Source of the DNA: a virus
Taxonomy: Duplodnaviria; Caudoviricetes
Strand: one strand, 5' to 3'
Virus record (IMG/VR): IMGVR_UViG_3300046170_000323
Length of the DNA: 64,000 bases
Shown: one piece after another, positions 10,152-23,500 of the stretch
Layout of the letters: every line of letters starts with the position of its first letter
How positions within the stretch are numbered: position 1 is the first letter of the stretch
The notes under the pieces: model-generated
Told to the model about the DNA's origin: nothing
The model's database searches: none
The model's input: only the letters and a program-made list of their open reading frames with translations
Translations under genes and position numbers: made by a program

Positions 10152-13100
10152 TTAAGTACCCCACACAACAGTCCCTGCGGCATTTCTGATAATCAATGTT
10201 CTGTTTGATGGATCCTGATGGGAACCAATGAGTGCACCCGCTGCATATACATTACCATCTGCAGAGATATTTTCGATATACATCTGATCGGCATTAGTAT
10301 TATAGAAGAAGTTCTGTTGTCCACCAGAGTTCGGGCCAAGTGTACCATACAGATCTCTCTGTCCAGAACCACCCGCCACAAACGTGACAAACATGTTAGA
10401 CGCTTCCAGTCCACTACCATAGATGTTCTGAACATCAATAGTTGCAGCAGAGTTGCCTGGCCCAGCAGGGCCTTGCAGACCGTCTGAACCTTGGAGACCG
10501 ATGAGACCTTGTTCACCTTGGATCCCCTGTTCACCCTGCATGAATTCACCTTGGATACCCTGTATACCAAGATCACCTTGTGGGCCTTGAATACCTTGGA
10601 CACCCTGTTGACCATCATTACCTGTACCGATTCCACCTTGGACGCCAGGCCCACCTTGGACACCTTGATAACCCTGTGCACCTTGCGCCCCTGCACCTGC
10701 AGGGCCTTGAACTGGTTCACCAGCCTCACCTTGGAATCCTCTGAAACCTTGCAGACCGTCTGAACCAGAGCCTGGGATACCTTGAACACCACCTTCACCT
10801 TGTGGGCCTTGGAAACCTCTAGGGCCTTGGACACCGCCTCCACCAGTAATCGCTTCACCTTGGAATCCACGGAAACCTTGGACACCCTGATTACCTTGAA
10901 GACCTTCTTCACCAATGCCTGGCGGGCCTTGCATACCTTGTGGGCCTTGTGCACCTTGTGCAGTACTATCCGAACCATCAGCACCCTGTGGGCCTTGAAC
11001 ACCCTGCACACCCTGTACACCAGAACCACCGATAAATCCAGCAGTACCTTGGAATCCTTGTGGGCCCTTGAGGGCCTTGTACACCTTGGTTACCAACGTT
11101 ACCAAATCCAGTTCCACCTTGGAAACCCTGAGTACCCTGAGTACCTTGGATACCCTGTGAGCCGGGCGGGCCAGGCAAACCACCTGAACCTTGCGCAGTT
11201 GGGCCTTGAGCACCCTGCATACCTTGGACACCCTGTGAACCAAATCCACCTTGAATACCTTGTGCGCCTTCACCAGCAATACCCTGATTACCTTGAACGC
11301 CTTGGATACCTTGTACACCCTGAGAACCTGCACCAGATGCACCTTGGAAACCTGATCCACCTTGGAAACCGTCAGCACCCTGTGGGCCTTGAATACCCTG
11401 TGCTCCAGTTCCTGTTGAACCCTGTGTACCTAAGTCACCTTGTATACCTTGAATACCCTGCGTACCTTGGTTTCCGATACCTTGAACACCTTGGATACCC
11501 TGATTACCTGCAGTTCCTTGGAATCCGCCAGTACCTTGCGCACCCTGTACGCCTGCACCTGTAGAACCTGCACGAGCAAATGTGACAACGATGTCTGCGT
11601 TGTCTGCAAAGTTTGCACCTGCACCAGTCAGATAATTAACTTCGAACTTCCAGTATCCACCACCATCTGTAATGTCTTCATAATCGAAGACAAAGAAGTT
11701 AGTAGGATCTGCCTTTGATTTAACAACCAAAGAACCTTTGACAAGTCCAGTTACCGTATCAAGTGATGCATAGTAAGTGTCTAAATTTACGAAGTTATCA
11801 TCACGTTCGTCGATATAAATTTCTGTAACATTAGTGAATGTTGAACTATTGAAACGAATATCACCGACTGCAGTGTTAATCTCAGTCGTACCTGCGCCAT
11901 CGAATGTGTAGTCAAATGTTGCACCACCGAAGGAACCCGAATCACCTTGGAAACCAAGATCACCCTGTACACCTTGTGGGCCTTGAACACCTTGAGGGCC
12001 AAGATCAGAAATATTAATTGTTCCACCCATACCAGAATGGAGAGAACACTGGTAGAAGATCTGATCTGGTGCGTTATACGCAACCCTAATTGTTACTAGA
12101 CCAACTGCAGCACCGTTATTCGTGACACCTTGCGTATACTGGTTACCTGTACCAAGTGTACGTGAAGTCTTAAGATAGAATGGATGTCCAGACGCATTTA
12201 CATCAAATGTATATGTGAAACCTCTCAACAACTGTAGTGTTGGGTTGTCTTGTCCATCAACCGTGTATGCAATGTTACCATTATTGGTTACTTCAAATAC
12301 ACGAGATCCCTCTTGACCTTGGATACCTTGAATGCCTTGGAAACCTTGAATACCAAGTGTACCCTGTGGGCCTTGAACACCTTGAATGGCTTCCCCTTGA
12401 ATACCTTGGAATCCTTGGAACCCCTGAATACCCTGAGCGCCTTGAGATCCTTGGAATCCTTGAGATCCTTGTGTGCCTTGGAAACCAAGATCACCTTGAA
12501 CACCTTGAATACCTGTTGGGCCAACTGGGCCAGAAGGCATGAATGAAATGATTGCAGTGTCACCATAACGGGCAGTTGCATCATCCCAAGAAACTGTGTT
12601 TGCACCACCAGAACCTAAAAGAGATTTTTCAATAAATGTAACATCAAACCAACCGTTGTCTTCTTGACCAGCACCACCTGCCCATGTCCAATCATCGATT
12701 TGATAGAGTAGGAATTCAAAGTCATTGTTAGTTGTATCACGAGGCGTTCTGATCATCATCTGACCTTTTGGAACGCCTGGATTTGAATCTATGTAATTGA
12801 ATAGATCGTCAATACGTCTATTACTATCAGATGGTTTATCGTCGAACCAGATTTTGTCAACAGCGTAAACATCTGTAGAAGAGTTTGTACTTCCAGAGAC
12901 CAACGCAAAATACCCAACGCCAGGGAATACATCCCCAGATGTTGAGTTGTTGATCCACTCGAATGTTAGACCACCGTAATAACCTTCAAGGCCTTGTACA
13001 CCCTGTGTTCCTTGAGGCCCTTGAAGACCCTGCAAACCAGTGTCACCAGTTCCACCTTGTGTACCTTGAACGCCTTGATTTCCTTGAAAACCTTTTGTGC

Positions 13101-14052
13101 CTTGTGGGCCTTGTACGCCTTGAGTACCCTGATCACCTTGCAGACCTTGAGTACCTTGTACTCCCTGCGGGCCTTGTTGACCTTGGATACCTTGAATCGC
13201 CTCACCTTGCCAACCTTGCGTACCTTGTACACCTTGGAATGCCTGTGGGCCTTGTGTACCCTGTACACCTTGAAGTCCCTGAGTACCTTGAGGGCCTTGA
13301 GGGCCTTGCACACCCTGACCTGCGAATGCACCGTCTGTACCTTGAACACCTTGGAACCCTTGAGTTCCCTGTGGGCCTTGAGTCCCTTGAACGCCCTGCG
13401 TTCCTTGCGGGCCTTGTGGGCCTTGCAATCCTTGAGTACCCTGATCACCCTGTAATCCTTGGGTTCCCTGCATACCTTGTACGCCCTGATAACCACGATC
13501 TCCTTGAATACCTTGGAAACCCTGAGTACCTTGTGCGCCCTGCACACCTTGGAAACCTCTAAATCCTCTGAAACCTTGGACACCTTTAGCGCCAAGATCA
13601 CCTTGCACACCCTGTGTGCCTTGTACGCCTTGGAAACCTTGTACACCTCTAAATGTACCAATGTTAATCCAGTTTACACCGTCATAAATCCATAGTTCTT
13701 CGTCTGCGTCATCAATGACACCGTCACCGACACTTGCAGAACCAAACGCAGCATTAAGAGTTGCCTGTGGATCTCCACCCGAATCTACATCTGGTACAGA
13801 ACCAATGATTGTAAATCCTGGCCCATATTCACCTTGAATACCTTGGAGTCCATCTGGGCCTTGAAAACCTGTGGTTCCTTGAGCACCTGAAACTGGTATC
13901 CATGACGTTCCATCCGAATAACGGATTTCGTCGGTAATCGTGTAAATTACCGAACCTTTAAACGCAGCAGGATCTAACTGCGCTGGATCTTGTGGGATAC
14001 CATTACCAATCGAAAATCCACGATTAGTAAAAGTGCGAAACCTAGTCGACAT
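10152..14052 (-). CDS. Collagen-like (Gly-X-Gln) fibre protein, ~1299 aa; +1 frameshift at ~11066
   Basis: ORFs 10978-14052 and 10152-11378 join at CAAGGGCCCACAA (extra G). Span 3901 nt = 3n+1. Long QGxQGx tracts interrupted by globular domains. Confidence 0.9.
10480..13640 (-). repeat. Collagen triple-helix coding repeats (GGN NNN CAA/CAG)
   Basis: Four blocks of 9-nt-periodic ccttg/ccctg motifs on the plus strand encoding (G-X-Q)n. Confidence 0.95.
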
Positions 14053-14497
14053 CGTATTCCTCCGCCTGGCCTACCGTATATGACAACGTTGCAGTAATTG
14101 CAAGGTTTGCACTACAACGTGCTTGCATGATATCACCAGAAGCGAAGAACTGTCCGTTAATTGGAATTGGGATTGTGTCATAAGCAGGTACAGGTAAATT
14201 TTTAATTAAATCATAAGTTATCGAATTACTGATTCTATAAATTTCAACATCAACTGTCGCAGTAGCGTTTGTGGTGTTGCATAAAATGAGTGGGGAAATA
14301 ACTTCCCCGATGCCAGGCTCAATTGTTTCACTACCCCCGAAAACAAGTTCGGGAACTCTGAACTGTGGTACAGTAATAACTTCATCAAACTCTGTAGTTA
14401 ATACAGCGTTAAATCCAATTGGCAAAGCATCTGGTGCCTGTGATGTTACGATCACAGTAATCCCAGTGTTTGCATCTTCATATTGTGAGTATGCCAT
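14042..14497 (-). CDS. Small virion-associated protein (151 aa)
   Basis: ORF packed between fibre genes, 11-nt overlap with the downstream start; beta-rich composition. Confidence 0.7.
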   Translation of the reverse strand: MAYSQYEDANTGITVIVTSQAPDALPIGFNAVLTTEFDEVITVPQFRVPELVFGGSETIEPGIGEVISPLILCNTTNATATVDVEIYRISNSITYDLIKNLPVPAYDTIPIPINGQFFASGDIMQARCSANLAITATLSYTVGQAEEYDVD

Positions 14498-14509
14498 GTT
14501 TCTTTCCTT

Positions 14510-17500
14510 TTATACTACAGCTGCTCTACTGTTCGAAGCACGTCTTGCGAGTTTACGAACAGATGAGGTAAATGGTCTTCCTTCGATTCGACCTGTTCTA
14601 CCGTTAATTCTCAAACCTCTTGCGAAGTACTGGTTATTCAATTCGTCTGCACCAGACCATCTTACACGACCACCATCTTCAGAGAGAACCGAAGAAATCG
14701 CAGACGTTGCAGGCCCAAGGTTTCTAAAGTTCAGTGGCAACGCAGTTCTGTTAACACCTGCAGCACCACCGTTAAACTGGTGAGCAATTGATTCAACAAG
14801 TGAACCGAATGTTAACACGTCTGGTCTTAGGACGTTACCTTTCAAACAATCATCAAACAGAGCAGTGATAAATGCACTGTGTGCTCCATCTGGTGAATAG
14901 TTCGCAATAATAAAGTCTCTCATACGATCCCATGTTTTATAGAACGCATATAGAAGATCAGTATTATTTTGACCGTCATCAACCCATGCTCCACCGTTCC
15001 AATAGTATATAGTTCCTTGGTAGAAGTTTATATTTGCATCATCAGAAACGATCCACGCCATATTTGGTTTCAGAGTAAGGTTTGGATCTGACTGCAACGC
15101 ATTACGTGCAGAGATATCCGCCACTGTACCCATGAATCTCAACCCAGGCGTTGTTGCATTGAATACTGGGAATACCTGTTGACCTTTTTGATCGAAGAAC
15201 GATTGTGAGAAAGTTCTTGTCGCTTTAGTCGAACCTTGTTGTCCTGTATTCGGGTTAGTAAACTTGATGTCGTTGACGATAGTCTGCAACAAGTTACCTG
15301 CATCACGTCTTGTCAAGTTAATATCAACAAAGTTATAAGTTGCGTTAACAAATCTTACAACATCATACTGCAGAGGCCCACGTTTCTTCAGAATTACTTC
15401 TTTTGCATCTCTAAATGGTTTTTCAACCCAATCATAATTTGGTTCAATAAGTGTTTGTAGTTCTTTTGTATCTTTATTTATCTGAGTTAGATAGAACATA
15501 TTGGCGAGACCTTCAACTTTATTGGCCTCTACTTCAGTTGCAGTATCATACTTGAGTGACTGACCTTTGTAATCACCTGTAACGATCTTCTTACAAATTC
15601 TACCTAGTTCACGATAGGACTTCGCAGTCGCTTCACGTTGATCTTCTGGGATACGATATACTGAGTTCCAGAAGTAGAAGTCTGCGTTCCAACGAGATGC
15701 ACTGTTACCACCGTAGTTCAAGTCATATGAGAATGCATCTAGTAGGTATCCTACATCACGACGACACTTAGACTTGTTATAGTCAAGTACATTGAACTCA
15801 GTGTTGATGAATTCGATTAACTTGTCTGCGAGTTCTACTTTATTGTCTTCGATAAGTTTGTTCGCACCAACCAAGTCACTTGATACCCATGCAGTATTCG
15901 CTTCCTGTAGGGCAGGGATTGCAGCGACACTATCTTCACGAATCACATCTTCTACGATACCAATCAAGTTAACAACTTCTGTACCCTCAGTTGGAGTCGC
16001 TGGATCACCAGAGATGTCTTGTGCAGTCGTAGTGATAGATGTGTTTGTTGTATCGATCTCTTGAACGATGTTAGACATCAGAAGTTTCATTGTACGATAT
16101 ACATCTGCAGTTTGTCTGCGAGTATCTTCTGGTAGTACAGATACACCGTTTTCGAAGTAGATCTGTGCAGAGATACGAGATGCATAGTTTGTTTCGTACT
16201 GAACATCATGTGATGCAGCATCAACCAAGAAGCCCATATCACGACGACACTTACCACGTGGGAATGATAGTCCATCCCACTCACGAGACACGTAGTCCAC
16301 AACCTTCGTTGCGAGTTCATCAGAGATATCTGAAATCAAGTTCTTAGATGCAATGATGTTACTTGGAACCCATGAAGTGTCTGGTGATACACGGGCAGGA
16401 ATTCCTGATGGATCCTCTGCAAGTGCAGCATCTGCAATCATGTTTGCAAGTTTCATTGCTTCACCCTTAAGATCAGTACGTTCTGGATATACTGCAGGTA
16501 GATGACGGAAGTCTTGTGGTATATGGTTACCAATTACTTGAACAAGAGCGTCAACTTCAGCACTCACAAATGTGTGAGGATAATTACCAGTACCACCAGT
16601 ACCAACATTCATTGTGATCGATGTACGTGTTACACCAGTAATCGGACATGGTTTTCTGAAGTAAGGATGATGTGCAGCGGGTGAGGAGTGGTTTACTGCA
16701 CCACTACCCATGTCGCATGACATTACGATACTTTCATCTGCCATCCAGATTGCATCACCAACTTTTAGTGCGTGTGGGCCAACTTCTGCAGTAAAGATAC
16801 CAGTTAATGGATCGTATGTGGCAGTGGTTGGGGTGAAACGTGCACCAAATCTGTTAGATATAGTTGGTTCAACTGGAAGACGTTGTAAGACTGTCTCCAT
16901 TGTTTTACCAAGATGCATGAATGCACGACGAGTAGGATCACGTTGATCTTTAGGAAGTGTATTGATTGCATTTTCAAAATAGATTTCTGCATTCTTGTGA
17001 GTTGCCCAGTTACCATCGTACTGAAGATCGTGCGAGATACCATCGATGATATAACCCAAATCACGACGACACTTAGACTCACTGTATGCAAGACCATTGT
17101 AGTTATCTGCAATATAAGTGTTGATTGCAGACTGCATTGTTCCTTTTTCTCTTTCGATAATATCATACATGACACCACCAGAAGGATATGTTGACTTGAG
17201 GAAGACACTGTTGTCAACCATTGCAGGTAGACCATCGATACCATCATCTGCAAGAACTGCATTGGCAATGATTTCGATAAGTTCTTCAACCTTAGTACCA
17301 TGTGCAGTGGATGTTGCAGTCAGACCAGAAGTTACTGGATCAAGTGCGTTACCTGCAGTTTTAGATACACCGATAAGTCTTACAATGTTATCTGCCATTG
17401 TTGCGATATGTTGGAATACATCTGCAGTTGGGCCACGTTGATCAGCAGGTAGAACACTTACTGCATTTTCGAAATACAGTCTAGCGTTGTTTACTGTCAT

Positions 17501-20500
17501 CACGTTTGTGCCATTTTCTTCAGCACCGTATTGCATATCCCAAGATACTGCATCAAGGATGTGAGAGATATCTCTTTCACACTTCGCAACATCATATGTT
17601 AGAGATGGATGAACGATTGCGATATATGCAGTTGTTTCTGCCTGTAAGAATGCTTTGTTTGCTTGCAGGTTTTCTCTTGCACGAATACCGTTTGAATATC
17701 CATCTGCAGACCAGATTGGTGTGGTGTTTGCATTTGGATTTGTCATCATATCAATGATTGATTCGAACCCTTGATCAAGTTGTTCTTCAAGAAGATATGT
17801 ATCATCGTACTTAGATAGTACTTTCTCTTCTTTGCGGATGATGCCTCTCAGTTTGTCTTTAACAAATCTTAGACCACCTACCAACTCACTGATCTGAGTT
17901 TCACGAGTACGAGTTGCACCTGCAGTTCCTGTCAAGTAAGAAGTTGCAGCCTGAACGAGTGGATACTCCTGACCAGTAAATGGTGTATTAGGTGAAGTCC
18001 ACTTGACCGCATCGATTAGGAAACCTGTGTCTCTGAAACACTTATCACCATCGTAAGTATAGTATGAATCATTCAAGAAGGCAACAGTTTCTTCAATCAA
18101 GAACTTACGGTTTGACTGAATTTGATCACGTGCAAATGTTCTAAGTGGAGTGTATGTTGGAGCATCTGCGACTGCAGGGATGTTTTCGTTTGTACGATCA
18201 TCCACAATATTTGCAATTACCAACATCAGATCCTGAACTCTCTGCGCAACCTGTGTAGATGTTGCAGTACCAGAGAAGTTCTGTGCAACAGTTTGATACT
18301 GTACATGTTTGATTGCGTCTGCAGTTGCACTTACGAATGTATGTGCACCAGCGTAACCACCTGCGTTGAATCCAGTCAAAGTAACAGTAGTTGCATCAAC
18401 TGATTTAACAGGCCATGGAGTCAAGTATGCTGGGTCTGGATAACCATCCCCTGCGACTGCACGTGGATGTGAAATCTGAACAGTAGATGCAGTAGCAGTG
18501 TTTACACACTCGAATGTGATACCTTCAGTTTCGAACCAGATGAAATCACCTTCTAGGATATCATGCGAACCAAGAGTCAGTACCATAGATCCTTCTACTG
18601 GATCGTAAGCAACATCAGTTGGAGTGTATGCACCTTCAAAGTGTGGTTCAATAACTGTTTCCAAAACAACTTTTTCTGCACGATCTGCGAGGTGGGTAAA
18701 TGCCGCCTGTGTTGCATCGTACTGATATTCTGGTAACAAGTTGATAGAGTTAATGAAGTACGCTTCTGCAGCCTTGACTGTTGCAGCGTTACCACCGTAG
18801 AGTACATCTTCAGAAACCGCATCGACCAAGTAACCAGTGTCACGAGTACATTTAGACTGTTGGAAACCAACACCGTTATATGTTGCGTTAATATACTCAG
18901 TTACTTCTGTCTGTAGTTTCTCTGTTAGACCATTGATAAGTTTAGTTGCAGTTTGGAACTCTTCTGCATATCCAGTGTTGCCTGGCCCAAACTCGAATGG
19001 TGAGAACTTCGAAGTTCTGTATGCCTGTTGTGGGCCACCAACGTTGTAAGAGATGAGACCACCTTGTGCACCATCGATACCACCAGAACCACCTTTAACA
19101 ACTGCTTCAAGTGCAGTAGAACCACCACCGACAATTGTACCTTTTGCAGCAGTCTGATAGAATGCAGTTCCAATATCGTTTGGTTCAATCTCTGCAGGGA
19201 GACGTAGTAGTGTATCTTCTTCAATAGAGTCAGAAACAATATTGACAAGATCTTCTACTCGTTGACCCATAAAGTCAGAGAAGTATTTCTTGATTGCACC
19301 AGTTGTTGCAGATACAAACCCATGTTCTTCTTCATAACCACCTGCATCACCCACATCTAGTGTGATAGTATTTGCAGTAGTCGCAAGAACACGAACTGGT
19401 TTTTCGTATACTGGATCAGTTGGACGTGGATGTATAATCTCTTGAACTGGTGAACCACAAGACAATGTGATTGACTCTGGATCAAAGATCATGTAATCAT
19501 CTTGTACAAAGTTGTGCGCTTCACCAAGATCGATAACCATGATACCAGAAATTGGATTGTATGTCACATCAGTTGGTGTGTATTCTACATTAGTCCAAGA
19601 TGTAGGAGTAACAGCATTACCAGTTGTAGGAGTAACAGTTTCGTTACGTGCAAGTTTCTTGGCAACGTTTGCAATATGCTGGAACGCTTCTGCAGTAATA
19701 TGTCTTTGTTCTACTGGAAGAACAGAAACTGCGTTTTCAAAATAAAGTCTTGCAACGTTGATAGATGCAACGTTTGAACCATGTTGGATATCATAAGATG
19801 CAGCGTCAACTAGAACTCCGACATCTCTTTCGCATTTTGCAACATCGTATGTGAACGATGGATACTCAACTGCCAACCATGCAGTGATTTCTGCCTGTAG
19901 GAATGCTTTGTTAGATTGAATGATACCACGAGTGTTCAATGCATCGTTAGACACATATGAGTCACCGAAGTTGATTACATCTGCGGCACTTGTACCGTTT
20001 GTTACGATATCGATAACTTCATCAAATGCAGCTTCAGAACGTGTCTGTGCAGTACCTGATATTTTCGCAGATACCTGTTGTTTCAACCATGTGAATGCAC
20101 CAACTGTTTCAGTTAACTGATCGTTAACAACTGTGTCTGCACCTTGAGTACCGATACGATAACCTTTACCCATGTAAACAGCGTTGTAGTTAGAACCAGT
20201 AAGAACGTCACGTTTTACTGCATCGATAAGGAACCCTGTATCTCTTTCACACTTCGCACTGTCATAAGTGAAGTAAGTGTTTGCAAGATATCCGACAACT
20301 TCATTTGCAAGGAAGTCACGGTTCGCTTGAAGTGTTTCGAATGCGTTTACTTCATCTACGTTTGCACGAAGTACCGCAACCGCATTATCTGCGACACGTA
20401 CGAATGTATGTGCACCACCAGTACCAACACCCACATTTACTTGGATTGTATTAATATCAGGCGTTGCAGTAATTGTCAACGGTTTTCTGTATGGTGGATC

Positions 20501-23500
20501 TGATGGACGTGGATGAGAGATCTCTGATAGGTTGTTGTCAGAACCACATGTGAATGTGAACGATCCTGGCATCAGTTCTACACGATCCCCTGCACTCAAA
20601 CCATGATTTGAAATAGTCAGAGTAAATACACCAGTTCCTACGGTGTATGCAACACCAGTTGGAGTCTTGAATTCTTCGATCATCGCTGGATCTGAGAATG
20701 TTACTACGTCATCACGTACCGCACCTTCTGTTGCACGTACGAATGTGTGTGCAGTACCATTTGCATAACCACCCACATTAATAGTGAATGTGGTTTCAGT
20801 TGCAGCCTTGATCTTAATTGGTTTCTTGTTCCACGGATCACTCAGACGAGGATATGCATGTTCAGTCTGATTACCATCCAACGCACATGTGAAGACGATA
20901 CTTTCTTGTTCCAGTGCAATGTACTGACCTACTTGTAGGTTATGGACACCGACTGTAACGACCATGTCACCAGTTGCAGTATCATAAGTTGCAGTGGTTG
21001 GAGTATAAGTCTTTTTACGTGTTTCGTTGTATACAGAAACTGAGTTTGGATCTGCCTTATAGAATGTATGGACACCAGTGTATCCACCTGCATCACCAGC
21101 ATTAACTGTGATTGTAGTAAGACCAACTGCAGTAATGTCAAGTGGTTTCTTGTAATTGTCTGTGTCACTACGTCTTGGATGTGAGATGACAACGTTATTG
21201 GCATCACAATAGAAACTAATAGACTCAGGCGCAAACATAACTTGATCATCAGTTGTCAGACTGTGAGTACCGATAGTGACAACCATTTCACCTGTCAAAG
21301 GATCGTATGTAGCATTCGTTGGAGTATAAGAACGACCAGAACCTTTCATGATATGAATGATTTCGTCGAATGCGTTCCCTGCAGTTCCGATTGCAAAGTT
21401 GTCATGTACCAAGTGATGTACTGAATCTACCTGTGCAGATACAAATGTGTGAACACCAGTATAACCATTTGCATCACCACTTTGGAATGTGATAGATGTC
21501 GCATCCGCTGCAGTGACAACGAATGGTTTGTTATAATTTGGATCCGTTGGGTTTGGATGTGAGTCCGTACCAATGACAGCAGTACTGGTATTTGCACATG
21601 AGAATGTAATCGCTTCTGGTGCAAGTTTGATAGAGTCACCTACTTCGATATCATGTGTACCAAGTGTAAGTGTAGTAATACCACTTAGTGGATCGTATGT
21701 TGCATCAGTAGGCGTATACTTCGCCTGTGTCATATCTGCAACAAGACCTTTAAGTTCCGACACCGCACCGACTGTTTCAGGCAACTGATCTCCGACTACT
21801 TCAGATGCAGTACCTGCGTAGTAACCAACACCTGTCTGTACAGAGTTCCAGTTGGTTCCCAACATCATGTCTTGTTGTACTGCAGGCAAGATGTACTGTT
21901 GAACATCTCTCTCACATTTTGCACTGTCGTAGATGAAGAAGTTGTTGTCAATCCAACCCATCATATAGTCTTGGATGTACTTCTTGTTAGCCTGTAATTG
22001 TTTACGTGCATTTTTCTTGTTCGCATCAATACCAACATCGTCAGAGAATAGAATTCCCTTACCGATAACTTGTACAGCGTTTTCAAGTGCACCTGTGAAA
22101 CTATGCGCTCCAGTATAACCACCTGCATCACCTGAGTTGAATGTGATGGTATATGGAGTAATAGATGTTACCTGTAGAGCATTCTTAAACCATTTGTCTG
22201 CTGGACGTGGATGTGAAATAGACACCAACTGAAGTGTAGTAGTATTCGCACACTGATATGTCAAACCGCCTGGAGCAATCTCAATTAAGTCACCCGCTTC
22301 GATTCTGTGGATATCATCGAATGTCACAACAGTCACACCTGTAGCAGGATCATATGTAGATCCAACTGGAGTGTAGCAGTTTTCTGCAAGACGAATACAA
22401 TCTGCATCTGCAGACTTGAAGTAATGGATGTTTGTGTATCCACCAGCATTACCAACTTGAAGGACGATAGTTGTCTCTGTTACTTCAAGGATTGAAATCG
22501 GTTTCATGAATGCAGGGTCTGTAGCACGTGGATGAGTGATCTCACCATCTTTACCAGACAATCCACACTCAAATGTGATTGATTCTTTTTCGAGGATGAT
22601 CTTCTGATCTACATGGAGACGGTGTTGACCGATTTCAACTTCCATGATACCAGAGATTGGATCATACTCTACGAATGTAGGTGTATATGTTTTACGTTTT
22701 TCTTCCAATGCATCAATGATATTATCGAATGCAGAGTCAGAACGAATTGCACCAATGAACGAGTTCGCATCGATGATTTCATTTGTTTGTTCTTTTAGTC
22801 TCTTATATGCAGCGACTGTTTCGTCACGTTGGTTGTTGATAACCTTTGCAGCAGCGTTCATATAGTACGCATTACCTGCAGTGACAGAGTTGTAGTTCGT
22901 ATCCAACATTAGATCTTGTGCTACTGCAGGCAAGATGTAATCTTGTGTATCACGACGACACGCAATAGAATTGTATGCGAAGAACTCGTCGTTATCTTCG
23001 ATCCAATCGATTAATTCGTTTTCAATAAATTTACGGTTGTCTTGAATCTGTTTACGTGCATTGGTATATGCAGTTGCAGTTTCGTTGTTTCCAACTTCTG
23101 TGAATACAATAGGAGATGCATACTCTTCACCGTTCTCAAGAATGTTCAAGAGTTCGTCATAAGAAGTATTTGCACGTTCTAGAATTTCAGTATTCGCATT
23201 CGCAAAGATAGTCCCTAGACGACCTTGCAGATATCTGTTTGCACCAGCAGTCTCTTCCAACTGTTCGCCAGGCACAACATAAGAAATTGGTGAACGATAA
23301 GTGATACCAGACAAACGACCCCAATAGTTTGAACCAGTCTGAATGTCTTGTGACAGTTTGTCAAGAATGATACCAGTATCACGATAACATTTCTCTGCGT
23401 CATAACCTTGATATCCAAGTCCACCAGAAGAGGTGTTGGATGTAAGGTAATCGACCATGTCATCAATGATGTTATTGGCGTTCTGAAGAATTGAATCACC

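Noticed and set aside
10480-13640. Short direct repeats that could be mistaken for a CRISPR array or satellite
   Set aside because: 9-nt periodicity is explained by collagen codons; there are no constant repeats with unique spacers and no cas genes.
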